NCBI GenBank assembly: GCA_008369845.1
Contig: MRSU01006864.1
Span: 1-64,000 of the forward strand
From: Trichomonas gallinae
Lineage: Eukaryota
Reading direction: 5' to 3'
DNA: 64,000 bases
This document shows, piece after piece, positions 10,551-20,238 of this stretch. The notes below the pieces were generated by a model. It ran no database searches. It worked only from the letters and a program-made list of their open reading frames with translations, and was not told the origin of the DNA. How positions within the stretch are numbered: the stretch's first letter is position 1; every line of letters starts with the position of its first letter. The position numbers and the translations under genes are program-made.

Positions 10551-10848
10551 AAAAAGTGACATTAAAAGGATTTTCTATTATTTTAGGGGATGCGCAAAAA
10601 TAACGGGGGTTATAATATAAAGTGACACGATATTTTTAATTAAATTAGGGGATGAACAAAAATAACGGGGATATTGTTAAAAGTGGCTTTTTAAAAGAAT
10701 ATATTAGGGGATGTAAAAAATTAACAGGGGTATAAAAGTGACACATTTTACAATGATAAGTTGGGGGATATATAAATATAACAGGGGATATTTTTAAAAA
10801 GTGACAATCGAAGGATTTAGGGGATCAATAAAAATAACAGGGGATATT
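10551..10848. repeat. Five-unit ~60 bp array (AAAGTGAC - variable - TAGGGGAT..TAAC(A)GGGG) in a divergent promoter
   Basis: T(A/G)GGGGAT at 10584, 10646, 10705, 10762 and 10818. TAAC(A)GGGG at 10601, 10663, 10722, 10779 and 10835. An AAAGTG(A/G)C precedes each unit. Confidence 0.92.
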
Positions 10849-10947
10849 AATTAAAATCACTAAAAATTATAAATATAAACTCCTTATAAGCAATAGATTT
10901 GTTTTGTTATAAAAATAAGCAAAAAAATTTTAAGTACCCGTTTAAAA

Positions 10948-13900
10948 ATGAATGAAGATAATTACCCTGTACGTAATCTAGTTTTTAATGATGACCTTAT
11001 TGATGAGAGCACCAAGGAAAATGACAAATCATTAATAACTAGCCTCATTTTTAATTACTCACCAAGTTTTGGAAAAATATTTCGAATAGAGCCACTAAAA
11101 CGATACACAAATATCAAAGAAATAAGTATTATCGGGCATGGAATAGAAAGCGTCAAACAATTACAGGGATTATCACAACTTAAAAGATTGAATCTTTCTT
11201 ACAACAACATTTCAAGCGTTTCAGATATATGCAAAATGACTAATTTACAATATCTAGTCCTATCACACAACGCGATTACTACAATTCCCTCACAAATTCG
11301 ACAGTTAACGAAATTGCAGAATTTAAAAATAGGCTTCAATCCAATAGAAGATAAAAATGCAATATTAAACTTACAACCTTTGCAAAACTTGACTTCTTTG
11401 GATGTTGAAGGCACAAAAATTTTTGCAAATAATTCGTCGCTGTTATATGTTATTTTCACGCTTCCACAACTCGATACTCTTAACATGAAGTCCATACAAC
11501 TAGAAGAACGTCGCCTTGCTTCAGAAAGATTTGGCCGTGATCAGTTGAACGAGTTATACGAAGAAAATCAAGCTATTCAAGAAGAGAACGAGAAATTACG
11601 CGAAGAAATAGAGCTACTATCAAAGAACGCATCAGACAAAGAGCACTATGAAGATGAGAATAATCAAGCAATGCAGGAAATCGATGATCTGAAGAAACAA
11701 CTGAAACAGCAGTCCGATACATTAAATCAATATGTTCTAGATATTACAACCGAGAGAGCAAGAAATAATGACCTAGAACAGAAACTACAAGAGTTACAAT
11801 TTAGAGGTATATCAACTCCAGAACAATATGGCTTTGATGTTGACGAGTTTCATCGACTTAAAAATGAAAATTCTCAAATGAAAAATGATTTACAAAAATT
11901 CGCAACACAAAATGATGAAAACTCAGAAAAGATACAAAACTTGATTAGATTATTACAAGAGAAAGACCAGAAGTTCGATGAATTGTCCAAATTATTCGAT
12001 GAAAAGCAGTCGAATCTTAAAGATTTCCAAGAGAACTTGATCAAATTGCAAAATGAAAACGCGTCAATAGAAAATGAAAAATCGAGTTTGCAAGCTGAAT
12101 TACAGCAAAAGATGATGTTCATTGAAGAGTTGCAGTCAAGTTTAAGACAGTTTGAGGAAAATTCTAGAACAATTTACAAAAGTAGTCAATCGAAATCTTC
12201 TTTAACAGACGAAAGACTTAAAACATTACAGCAAAGATATGATCAAGTAAACAAAGAGAAAGAAGATATGTCTAAGACATTAGATCAAGCAAAACAATTA
12301 TTCATTGAGCAGCAGGGTAAATTCATTGCTTTGCAAAACGAAAATGCTGAGCTAAAACAGAAATTAAACGAAAAAGTTGATGATGACAATTCCGATCTTT
12401 CAAACATTTTCGCAAAATTGCAAGATGAAACAGCAAATCACTATAATGAGATAGAGAAACTGACAGCAAGCAACAATGAACTTACTCATCAAGTTCAGTA
12501 TTGGAAAGAAAAATTTGCACAGTTAGAAAAACAACAGCAAGAAATGAGCGAAAAGTTAAGAAGATCATTGATCGAAAACTTCACGACTCAAAACATTTTG
12601 CCGCTTCAACAGAATATAAATGACAAAGATGACCAAATAAGAGAACTAATGACGCAGATACAAACATTGCAATCTAAAAGCGATGAGTTAGAAAGCAAGT
12701 CTAAACAAAAAGATTTGCAAATCAAGAAATTAATCAAAAAACTCGAAAACGAAGAAAAGCGAAATAAAGATTTAACATTGCAAATAATCAATACTGAAGA
12801 CCCGAAGAAGCAACAAGAACAAAAGATTATTGCATTACAGGATAAAATTAATGAACTAGAAAATGAAATATCATCATTAAAATCAGAAATTTCATCGAAT
12901 GTCAGAAAATATCAAAGTTTGGTTAGTGCAAATCAGATGATAAAGAATGAAAATACTGATGCCCATAACACAATAATAGCACTTCAGGATGAAATAAAGA
13001 GAATATCAGATAACGCAGATCTAACAAGTAAAATTGAGGACCAAGAAAAAGAAATCAAAGAACTGAAACTATATAATGCAAAACTTGAAACAACGATTTC
13101 AGGAGTTTCGAGAGAAAATGAAGACTTACTGCATAACCAAAACAAAGCTCTTAGGCAGATGGTGTTCAAACTGGCTAAAGAAATCTCTCCTAATGCTGTT
13201 CATTCGAGTTCTTTTAATAAAATGGCTGACGAATTTAACTTGATGACGCAAGCTTTTGCAGATCTTAAGAATCTCAAAGAAGCCTTGAAAAACCAATTAG
13301 AAAGAATTGATTCAAAGGTCTATGCGTTAACAGCAAGTTACAACATTCAGACTACAAACGATACTGTTAAAGCTTTGACAGAACTTGAGCAACTTTTGAA
13401 GGATGAAAAACGAAAAACAACTAAAACAACAACAGATTTCAGCAACAAAGTCGAAGAACTTGCAGAGATGATTGACGTTTTGCAGTCAGCAAATATCAAA
13501 TTAACTGAAGAAAACAAGAAGCAATCCGCTGAAATTGCAAGATTGGCAGGAATTGAAGAAAATGCAGAATCATTGAACGAAAACTTGAATGCTGCATATC
13601 AGCTGATAAATCAGTATGAACTAGCTAATTCTAATTCCGAGTATGCACAGCAAATGAGTAGAATTAAGAAGCAGCTGAAAGAAAAACAGAAGAAATTGCA
13701 GAAATACAAGTTATCTGTCAACGAGTTGAGAGATGTTAAATATGAGAACGAGAACTTAAAGAAAGATAATGATCAGCTGAACGCAGAAATAAGACAGCTC
13801 CAGCGCTCACTGAAAATCGCAAGTTCCAAACTAGACAATTTCGAAGAATTACAGCAAAAATGCAGCGACATGGAAGACCAAATAGCGAACTTGTTGTCTA

Positions 13901-16900
13901 AGGCAAGGAAGCTCAAAATGGACAAAGACTCTCTGAAGAAGACAATAGAAGAACTACAGAAGGCAAATAATGAAAAAGATTATGTTATTGAAGCATATAA
14001 AGACCAGCTAAATTCGCAAATGGACATAATAGGACAATCTCAGACAATTATAGACTCAGCTAATGATAAAACAAAGAAAGATTCAACAGCAATCAAAGAG
14101 CTCAGAGAACAGCTACAGAAAGCAAATCAAAGTGCTGCAGAATTTGAACAAAATCAAAAGCAAGCGAAAGAAAATTTGGTTAAATTGCAGCAAAAGATTG
14201 TTGAAACAAGTAAAGCAATCATTCCAAATGAATCTCATGTTAGAATCGCTGATAATCTGCAGCAATCAATGATTGATTTAGATTTAATTGTTAAAGCATT
14301 CAATGAAAAAGATATAAGCATCAAAAATATTACAGAATCACTAAACAATCATAACAAAGAAGTTGAAAATTATAATAATGAAATTGCTAAAGTTGTTTCA
14401 GAAGCATCTAACAAGTTAATTACAGAAAAGGATCCAAAAGCTTTGCTAAACATTGTTCAAGATTTCATGCGAAATCAAAATAACCAAATCAATGAAACAA
14501 AAACACAAATTATTCAAATTATAAAGAGTTCTTCAACATTTAAACCAACTCTTTCTTCAAATTACTCAGAGTTATTCGAAATCATCAGAGAAATCATAAG
14601 CGATCATGAGTCAACAGAAAATAAACTCGCGAGTGAGATAAATTACTTGAACGGAATTTTGGAGCAACTCGATGTTAAAAATACTGATTTAGCACAACAA
14701 ATCTCGGAGCATAGGAAGGGATATGAAATATTAAAGCAGAGGCTTGATGAAGCTTCTCATATTATCGAAGAAAAAGAAACTGATGTTCAGCAAGAAAAGA
14801 ATCAAACTAATGAAATATATGGACAGGCGAAAGTGAAAATCTCTCGTCTCGAAAGAAAACTTGCAGAATCAAACTCATTGAACAAAGAGATGCAACTAAA
14901 CATTGAACAACTCAAGCAGAAACTATCTGATTCAGATGGATTAATTAAAGAACTAAAGTTTAATGAAAACAATGCTAAAAACGAATTGCAGAAACATATC
15001 AATGATAAAGAAGAATTAAAGAAACAAATTTCGACTTTGCAAACGAATTTACAAGCCGTAGAGAAACAATATGAATCTAAGATCAATGATCTGAACAATA
15101 CACTAACAAATACGAAGTCTGAATATCAAAAACTCAAAATAACAAGCGAGCAAAGTGAAAAAGAAAATTCATCTCAAAGAGAAAGAAATGAAGCAGAAAT
15201 CGCAAACTTAAAGAAACAAATTTCGTCATTGCAGACTAATTTGCAGACAGTTGAAAAACAGTATGAATCTAAAATCAATGATTTGAATAATACATTGACA
15301 AATACAAAGTCTGAATATCAAAAACTCAAAATTACAAGCGAGCAAAATGAAAAATACGAAACAGAAATTACTAACCTAAAGAATGTTATCTCTTCAATGC
15401 AGATTAATTTGCAAACAATCGAAAAACAGTATGAATCTAAAATTAATGATTTAAGCAGTGCTTTAACAAATGCAAAGGCTGAATATCAAAAAGAAAATTC
15501 ATCTAAATATGAAAAATACGAAACAGAGATTGCTAACTTAAAGAAAGTTGTCCAGGAAAGCGAAAATACAATTTCACAACTCCAAGAATCAATGGATAGT
15601 AAAGAGAAAGCTCACAAGAAGTTATTAAGCAGAATACAAAAGAAATATTCACAACTAGAAGGAAAAGTCGAAGAATCAGAAGACAAATGTGCAAATTATG
15701 AGAAGAAAGTTAAAGATCTCAAAGCAATCATTGCGCAACAAGAAGAAATTAAGAAGCAAATGGATGAAGGACAAGCTAAACTTGTTAACGAGATAAATCA
15801 AAATGTTGAAAATCAAAAACTTTCTTACGCAAATCAGCTCAAAGATCTTGAGTCTCAAATGCAAGCTGTCATTGAACAGAAGAACCATGATGAAGAGCAG
15901 TATATGAATGATATTGAAACAATGAAAACAGCCCTAGAAAAAGCTGCATCACAAATCGAGAAAAAGTCTAAAAAGATTGAAAAAATGAAGAAGCAAATAA
16001 GTCAGGCAAAAACGACAATAGAAACAATGCACGAAGAAATTATTGATCGTGACAATAGAATAGAAGAACTACAACAATTAACAAATCGTGTTGATAAACA
16101 GAAGCTGCAAATAAATGAAACAAATGATGTTATTTCTAAATTAAATGCAGAAATAGCTGAAAAAGACCAGAAACTGTTTGAATTCGAAATAGTTCAGAAG
16201 AAACTTTCTCAATTGCAGGAGAGTTTGAATAAAGTCACAGCTGATTACGAAACAACTCAAACACAGTATGAAAACCTCAAGAAGGATTATGACGAAAAAT
16301 CTAAAGAAAGCGAAAAACAAAAGCAAGAAATAGTTCAACTAGTAAATGACTTGAATTCCGAAAAGAAACACAGTGAAGACTTATCGAATATTATAAGATC
16401 TAAAGGAGATGAAGTAACTGCAAATGAATCAAAGCTTCAAGAAATGTCAGCTGAAATACAAAGACTACAGAAAGCATCTAACGAATACAAGAAGAAAACA
16501 GAAGATTTGCTGGCGAATTCTGATAGGAAGAACTCAATGCTCGAAACATTGGCGAAAAATAACTCTCAGATGAAGGCGAAACTTGATTCACTTTATTTAG
16601 AAATAAAGGAAGTCAAGAACAAAAATGATGATCTCGAACGCAATACTGCAAAGTTTGACATTGAGAGAGCTCAGTATCAGCTGCAAATCAGAGACAAAGA
16701 TCTAAAGATTAAAGATGAAAACACATCAAAACTTTTAGTTGAAGAAAAACTTGCAAACGCAACAAAAGAAAACGAAAACTTGAAGAAACAAATCCAGAAT
16801 AAAGACAGTGAACTACAGCATATGTTGCAATCTAAAGACACAACAGCACAAAAGTTAGACTCAACAACGCAGAAGTTGAACGAAATTAGCATAAAACTTG

Positions 16901-19548
16901 AGGATAGAGAAAAGCAAGTAATGGAATTATCAAGAAGATTATCAGAATATGAAAGTCAAAATCGCGAAACTGAAATCTCATTCACCAAATCTAGGCTTGA
17001 GCTTGAAGATTTAACCAAATCTAAAACAACATTACAACAGTTATTGGATACAATAACAGCAGATAAATCGCAGATGGAGAAGCAGATATTAGACTACAAA
17101 TCACAAGTCTCTTTGTTTGAAACACAAATGATTTCAATACGTGGATCAGAAGAGAAAACGCGCATTCAGCTTGGCCAGGCTAACAATGAGAACGCCAAGC
17201 TCAAAGAAAGAGTTGATACTTTGACGAAAGATCAAACAGCCAAAGCCGACCAAATCCAAGAATTACAAGAAAAGTTGCATAATTTAGAAATGTCTCTCCT
17301 AGATAAAACAAACGAAGCAAATTCTGCTAAGAAAGAAGTTGAAACTCTTAAAGAACAGCAAAAGAATATAATACAAACTAACCAAGAAGAAATACGCAAT
17401 AAAGCTGACCAAATCTCTCAACTGCAGACGAAGCTTGATTCAATGAAAACACAAAATGCAAGAGCAGCTGTTTCAATTGGTGAAATGACAAAATCATGTT
17501 CAGATTTAAGGAAACACGTTACTACTCTTGAAACACAATTATTTGACTCTAAAGCACAAATAGAAACACTTAAAGCCTCTCTTTCAGAATCTCAAAACAG
17601 GCTTAATTCAACATCTAGAATCAATGAAGATTCGACAACAAAAATTGCAGATTTCCAGTCAAAACTAAACATCGAACAGAAGAAGTCAGCAAATCTCGAG
17701 AAAGAACTGCAATTCACTAGATCAGAACTGAATAGAGTGCAAACAGAGGCTTCACAGTATAAATCAAAGTACGCTCATTCCAATGATGTTGAAATTTCGC
17801 TGCAAAATTCACTGCATTTGCTTGAAGAAAGACTAAAATCAGAAGAAAACAAGAGAAGAAACTTAGAAAGACTTCTGAGTGATATAAGAGCAACAAGAGA
17901 TGTTCATAATAGCACAGCGCAAGATATAGAACAACTTAAGCTGCAGTTATCATCTTTTGAAGTAGAAAATGATAAATTGAACAAAGAATTAAAAGATTGC
18001 AAAGAAAATTTGTTCATCATGAAGCAAAACAATGATAAAATGAATTTAGAACTAGAACACAAGGAGCAAATCATTAAAGAAATGGAAATAAAGCAAAATG
18101 AAATTGTAAAAGAAAATGAGAAACTTCAAAAAGCTGTAAAATCACATAAAGAAACATTAAATCAATCAACAACATTGCAAAACAGCTTGAAGAACAGTTT
18201 ATCAAACAAATCTAAAATTATTGAAAAAGCAAACGAACAAATCGTTAAATCACAGGACGAAATGAATCAACTTATGACAGAAAACACAGCTTTGAAGAAG
18301 AAAGTAGCAAATCTCGAAGCTGTTCTTCAAGATACAGAAGATAGCTTAAAACAAAGCAATCAGTCACAGAGAGAAATATCTTCGTCCTATAACACTCTTA
18401 ACAAGAAATATGAAGAAAAGCAAAGTGAAATTAATCAAAAAATAATTGAAATTAAAACCTTAGAAAATCAACTCACAGACAAAAAAGAAGAAGTTGAAGC
18501 CCTTAAAAAGGAAGTTTCTAACATGAATGTTGTTATAAGAGAGAATAATAACAAAATCACAAATGAATCATTTGAAAAAGACAGAAAAATTGATTCTCTC
18601 AGCACAGAACTCAAAAAAGTCCAACAGAACAACACAGAATTGACTCAAAAAGTTGTTTCTCTCACAAATCAGCTGACATTAATATCAGAAACCACGCAGA
18701 AAGACGTTTCAACAGCAGTTGCTCAATACAAGAGTGAGAAATCATCAAGAAAAGAGCTTGAACAAGCAAATGAAGTCTTAACGAAGAAACTTGAAGAAAA
18801 ATCAAAAGAAAACAAGACTTTGACCACAAAAATCACAACTCTGAAGACAAATATTGATGAATTACAGGTAGAAGTTATGCGCACGCAACGATCTTTGGTT
18901 CCAAAGAATCAATTAGATATTTTACAAAGATCAGTCACAGAAATGAGCAAGAAACTTGATGATGCACAGCAGAATCTTGCTGATCAGAAGCAGAGATACT
19001 CAGCAATTGTCGAAAAATACAACGAAAAGACATCTATGCTTTCAAGTCTCACTGAATCATTCATTTCTGTTCATAATTTCTTGACTAGCAACAAGAAAAC
19101 AAGTTTATCACCAAAAGAATTTATTATAAAGATGTTGGATAGCCTAAGGATTGTCTTTGAAGTCATGAAGCTGCAAATTCCGCAGATTTCATTTGCAAAT
19201 ACTGTCAAAATCCTGTCTTTGAGGCAAAATGAAGTGTTTAGTTATGCACCAGTTCCAATTGTCCCTGCAATCAGCGAAGAAGACGAAAAAATCGTAAATG
19301 CAATCAGACTTGAATTATCTGATATAGCAGTTTTGTCATCTGAACGATTATCAAGCTACTCAAGCACAAGCAAGCTATCAACGAAGCTTGAATACATTAG
19401 AAGTATGATACCAAAAGTTAAATCAATTTTAGCGTCAAAAGACACTGAAATTGAAAGACTCTCATTGTTAATATCGAAACAGCATGAAGCTGTTTTGAAA
19501 ATGACTCGTGGCGATCACGACTCATTCGGAAATACCCAAATGGAATAA
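10948..19548 (+). CDS. Giant N-terminal LRR (SDS22-like) plus long coiled-coil protein, centriolin-like architecture
   Basis: 2866 aa ORF. LRRs (LKRLNLSYNNIS, LQYLVLSHNAIT, LTSLDVEGTKI) and an LRR cap (YVIFTLPQLDTLN) are followed by more than 2500 aa of E/K/Q heptads. Confidence 0.8.
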   Translation: MNEDNYPVRNLVFNDDLIDESTKENDKSLITSLIFNYSPSFGKIFRIEPLKRYTNIKEISIIGHGIESVKQLQGLSQLKRLNLSYNNISSVSDICKMTNLQYLVLSHNAITTIPSQIRQLTKLQNLKIGFNPIEDKNAILNLQPLQNLTSLDVEGTKIFANNSSLLYVIFTLPQLDTLNMKSIQLEERRLASERFGRDQLNELYEENQAIQEENEKLREEIELLSKNASDKEHYEDENNQAMQEIDDLKKQLKQQSDTLNQYVLDITTERARNNDLEQKLQELQFRGISTPEQYGFDVDEFHRLKNENSQMKNDLQKFATQNDENSEKIQNLIRLLQEKDQKFDELSKLFDEKQSNLKDFQENLIKLQNENASIENEKSSLQAELQQKMMFIEELQSSLRQFEENSRTIYKSSQSKSSLTDERLKTLQQRYDQVNKEKEDMSKTLDQAKQLFIEQQGKFIALQNENAELKQKLNEKVDDDNSDLSNIFAKLQDETANHYNEIEKLTASNNELTHQVQYWKEKFAQLEKQQQEMSEKLRRSLIENFTTQNILPLQQNINDKDDQIRELMTQIQTLQSKSDELESKSKQKDLQIKKLIKKLENEEKRNKDLTLQIINTEDPKKQQEQKIIALQDKINELENEISSLKSEISSNVRKYQSLVSANQMIKNENTDAHNTIIALQDEIKRISDNADLTSKIEDQEKEIKELKLYNAKLETTISGVSRENEDLLHNQNKALRQMVFKLAKEISPNAVHSSSFNKMADEFNLMTQAFADLKNLKEALKNQLERIDSKVYALTASYNIQTTNDTVKALTELEQLLKDEKRKTTKTTTDFSNKVEELAEMIDVLQSANIKLTEENKKQSAEIARLAGIEENAESLNENLNAAYQLINQYELANSNSEYAQQMSRIKKQLKEKQKKLQKYKLSVNELRDVKYENENLKKDNDQLNAEIRQLQRSLKIASSKLDNFEELQQKCSDMEDQIANLLSKARKLKMDKDSLKKTIEELQKANNEKDYVIEAYKDQLNSQMDIIGQSQTIIDSANDKTKKDSTAIKELREQLQKANQSAAEFEQNQKQAKENLVKLQQKIVETSKAIIPNESHVRIADNLQQSMIDLDLIVKAFNEKDISIKNITESLNNHNKEVENYNNEIAKVVSEASNKLITEKDPKALLNIVQDFMRNQNNQINETKTQIIQIIKSSSTFKPTLSSNYSELFEIIREIISDHESTENKLASEINYLNGILEQLDVKNTDLAQQISEHRKGYEILKQRLDEASHIIEEKETDVQQEKNQTNEIYGQAKVKISRLERKLAESNSLNKEMQLNIEQLKQKLSDSDGLIKELKFNENNAKNELQKHINDKEELKKQISTLQTNLQAVEKQYESKINDLNNTLTNTKSEYQKLKITSEQSEKENSSQRERNEAEIANLKKQISSLQTNLQTVEKQYESKINDLNNTLTNTKSEYQKLKITSEQNEKYETEITNLKNVISSMQINLQTIEKQYESKINDLSSALTNAKAEYQKENSSKYEKYETEIANLKKVVQESENTISQLQESMDSKEKAHKKLLSRIQKKYSQLEGKVEESEDKCANYEKKVKDLKAIIAQQEEIKKQMDEGQAKLVNEINQNVENQKLSYANQLKDLESQMQAVIEQKNHDEEQYMNDIETMKTALEKAASQIEKKSKKIEKMKKQISQAKTTIETMHEEIIDRDNRIEELQQLTNRVDKQKLQINETNDVISKLNAEIAEKDQKLFEFEIVQKKLSQLQESLNKVTADYETTQTQYENLKKDYDEKSKESEKQKQEIVQLVNDLNSEKKHSEDLSNIIRSKGDEVTANESKLQEMSAEIQRLQKASNEYKKKTEDLLANSDRKNSMLETLAKNNSQMKAKLDSLYLEIKEVKNKNDDLERNTAKFDIERAQYQLQIRDKDLKIKDENTSKLLVEEKLANATKENENLKKQIQNKDSELQHMLQSKDTTAQKLDSTTQKLNEISIKLEDREKQVMELSRRLSEYESQNRETEISFTKSRLELEDLTKSKTTLQQLLDTITADKSQMEKQILDYKSQVSLFETQMISIRGSEEKTRIQLGQANNENAKLKERVDTLTKDQTAKADQIQELQEKLHNLEMSLLDKTNEANSAKKEVETLKEQQKNIIQTNQEEIRNKADQISQLQTKLDSMKTQNARAAVSIGEMTKSCSDLRKHVTTLETQLFDSKAQIETLKASLSESQNRLNSTSRINEDSTTKIADFQSKLNIEQKKSANLEKELQFTRSELNRVQTEASQYKSKYAHSNDVEISLQNSLHLLEERLKSEENKRRNLERLLSDIRATRDVHNSTAQDIEQLKLQLSSFEVENDKLNKELKDCKENLFIMKQNNDKMNLELEHKEQIIKEMEIKQNEIVKENEKLQKAVKSHKETLNQSTTLQNSLKNSLSNKSKIIEKANEQIVKSQDEMNQLMTENTALKKKVANLEAVLQDTEDSLKQSNQSQREISSSYNTLNKKYEEKQSEINQKIIEIKTLENQLTDKKEEVEALKKEVSNMNVVIRENNNKITNESFEKDRKIDSLSTELKKVQQNNTELTQKVVSLTNQLTLISETTQKDVSTAVAQYKSEKSSRKELEQANEVLTKKLEEKSKENKTLTTKITTLKTNIDELQVEVMRTQRSLVPKNQLDILQRSVTEMSKKLDDAQQNLADQKQRYSAIVEKYNEKTSMLSSLTESFISVHNFLTSNKKTSLSPKEFIIKMLDSLRIVFEVMKLQIPQISFANTVKILSLRQNEVFSYAPVPIVPAISEEDEKIVNAIRLELSDIAVLSSERLSSYSSTSKLSTKLEYIRSMIPKVKSILASKDTEIERLSLLISKQHEAVLKMTRGDHDSFGNTQME
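15016..15550 (+). repeat. In-frame intragenic tandem repeat (about 3.3 copies, 56-64 aa)
   Basis: LKKQISxLQTNLQxVEKQYESKINDLNNTLTNTKSEYQK repeats at about 15016, 15208 and 15376, with a partial copy near 15538. Confidence 0.9.
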
Positions 19549-20238
19549 ATATGTTTGAATTTTTATTTAAATCATGCATATATTTTTTATCAAAATGGTC
19601 AAATGAGTTGGCTCAAACTTCATAAATAGATACAAAGCAATATATTGAAATATTTTCAAAGTTTTTTTTGGTCATACAGCTAGTTGTAAGGAAGAAATAC
19701 AGTAAGAAACTTATCATCCCATAATTAAAGAGTAAAATTACCGAGAGATTAAGATTAATTTTGAATATGGAGAATGAAATACATTCACGAATAAATCACA
19801 TATAGATTTTTGTAATTGCAGATGTGTATATAGTATTCTATAGTGTTTATGAAATAGATTGAAACTGAGAGTGAATTTTGATAAATGTCAGAAATTAGAA
19901 GCCCACATCTTTCCATGTGCTACACCAGTGTAATTTTATGTGTGTATTGAGCGGAAATAAGATAATACAATTCATAATAATGAAACGAATTAATTTGACA
20001 TGCAACGCAAAATGATTTTGTCATGTAAAATGTTTTGACATGTAAAGTGATTTGACATTTACTAGGTACCAATAGAGAAAGCTGTCAATAGTAAACAGGT
20101 AAGTTGTTATGCGATAGATATGTGGAGCTAAGCTGTTCCACTACACGTAGCTATTCCAAATAAGAACTGTCCAACAATAAAAAAATCAAAATCTTGTCAC
20201 TTTTTATCTAAATTTTTTTTTCAATAAACGTACTCACA

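Noticed and set aside
10551..10848. CRISPR-like array (conserved blocks with variable spacers)
   Set aside because: The context is eukaryotic, the repeats are non-identical and bipartite, the spacers are short and AT-rich, and no cas genes are present.
10948..19548. Viral A-type inclusion, SMC or myosin identity for the giant coiled coil
   Set aside because: No motor or ATPase motifs are present. Any such similarity would be compositional only.
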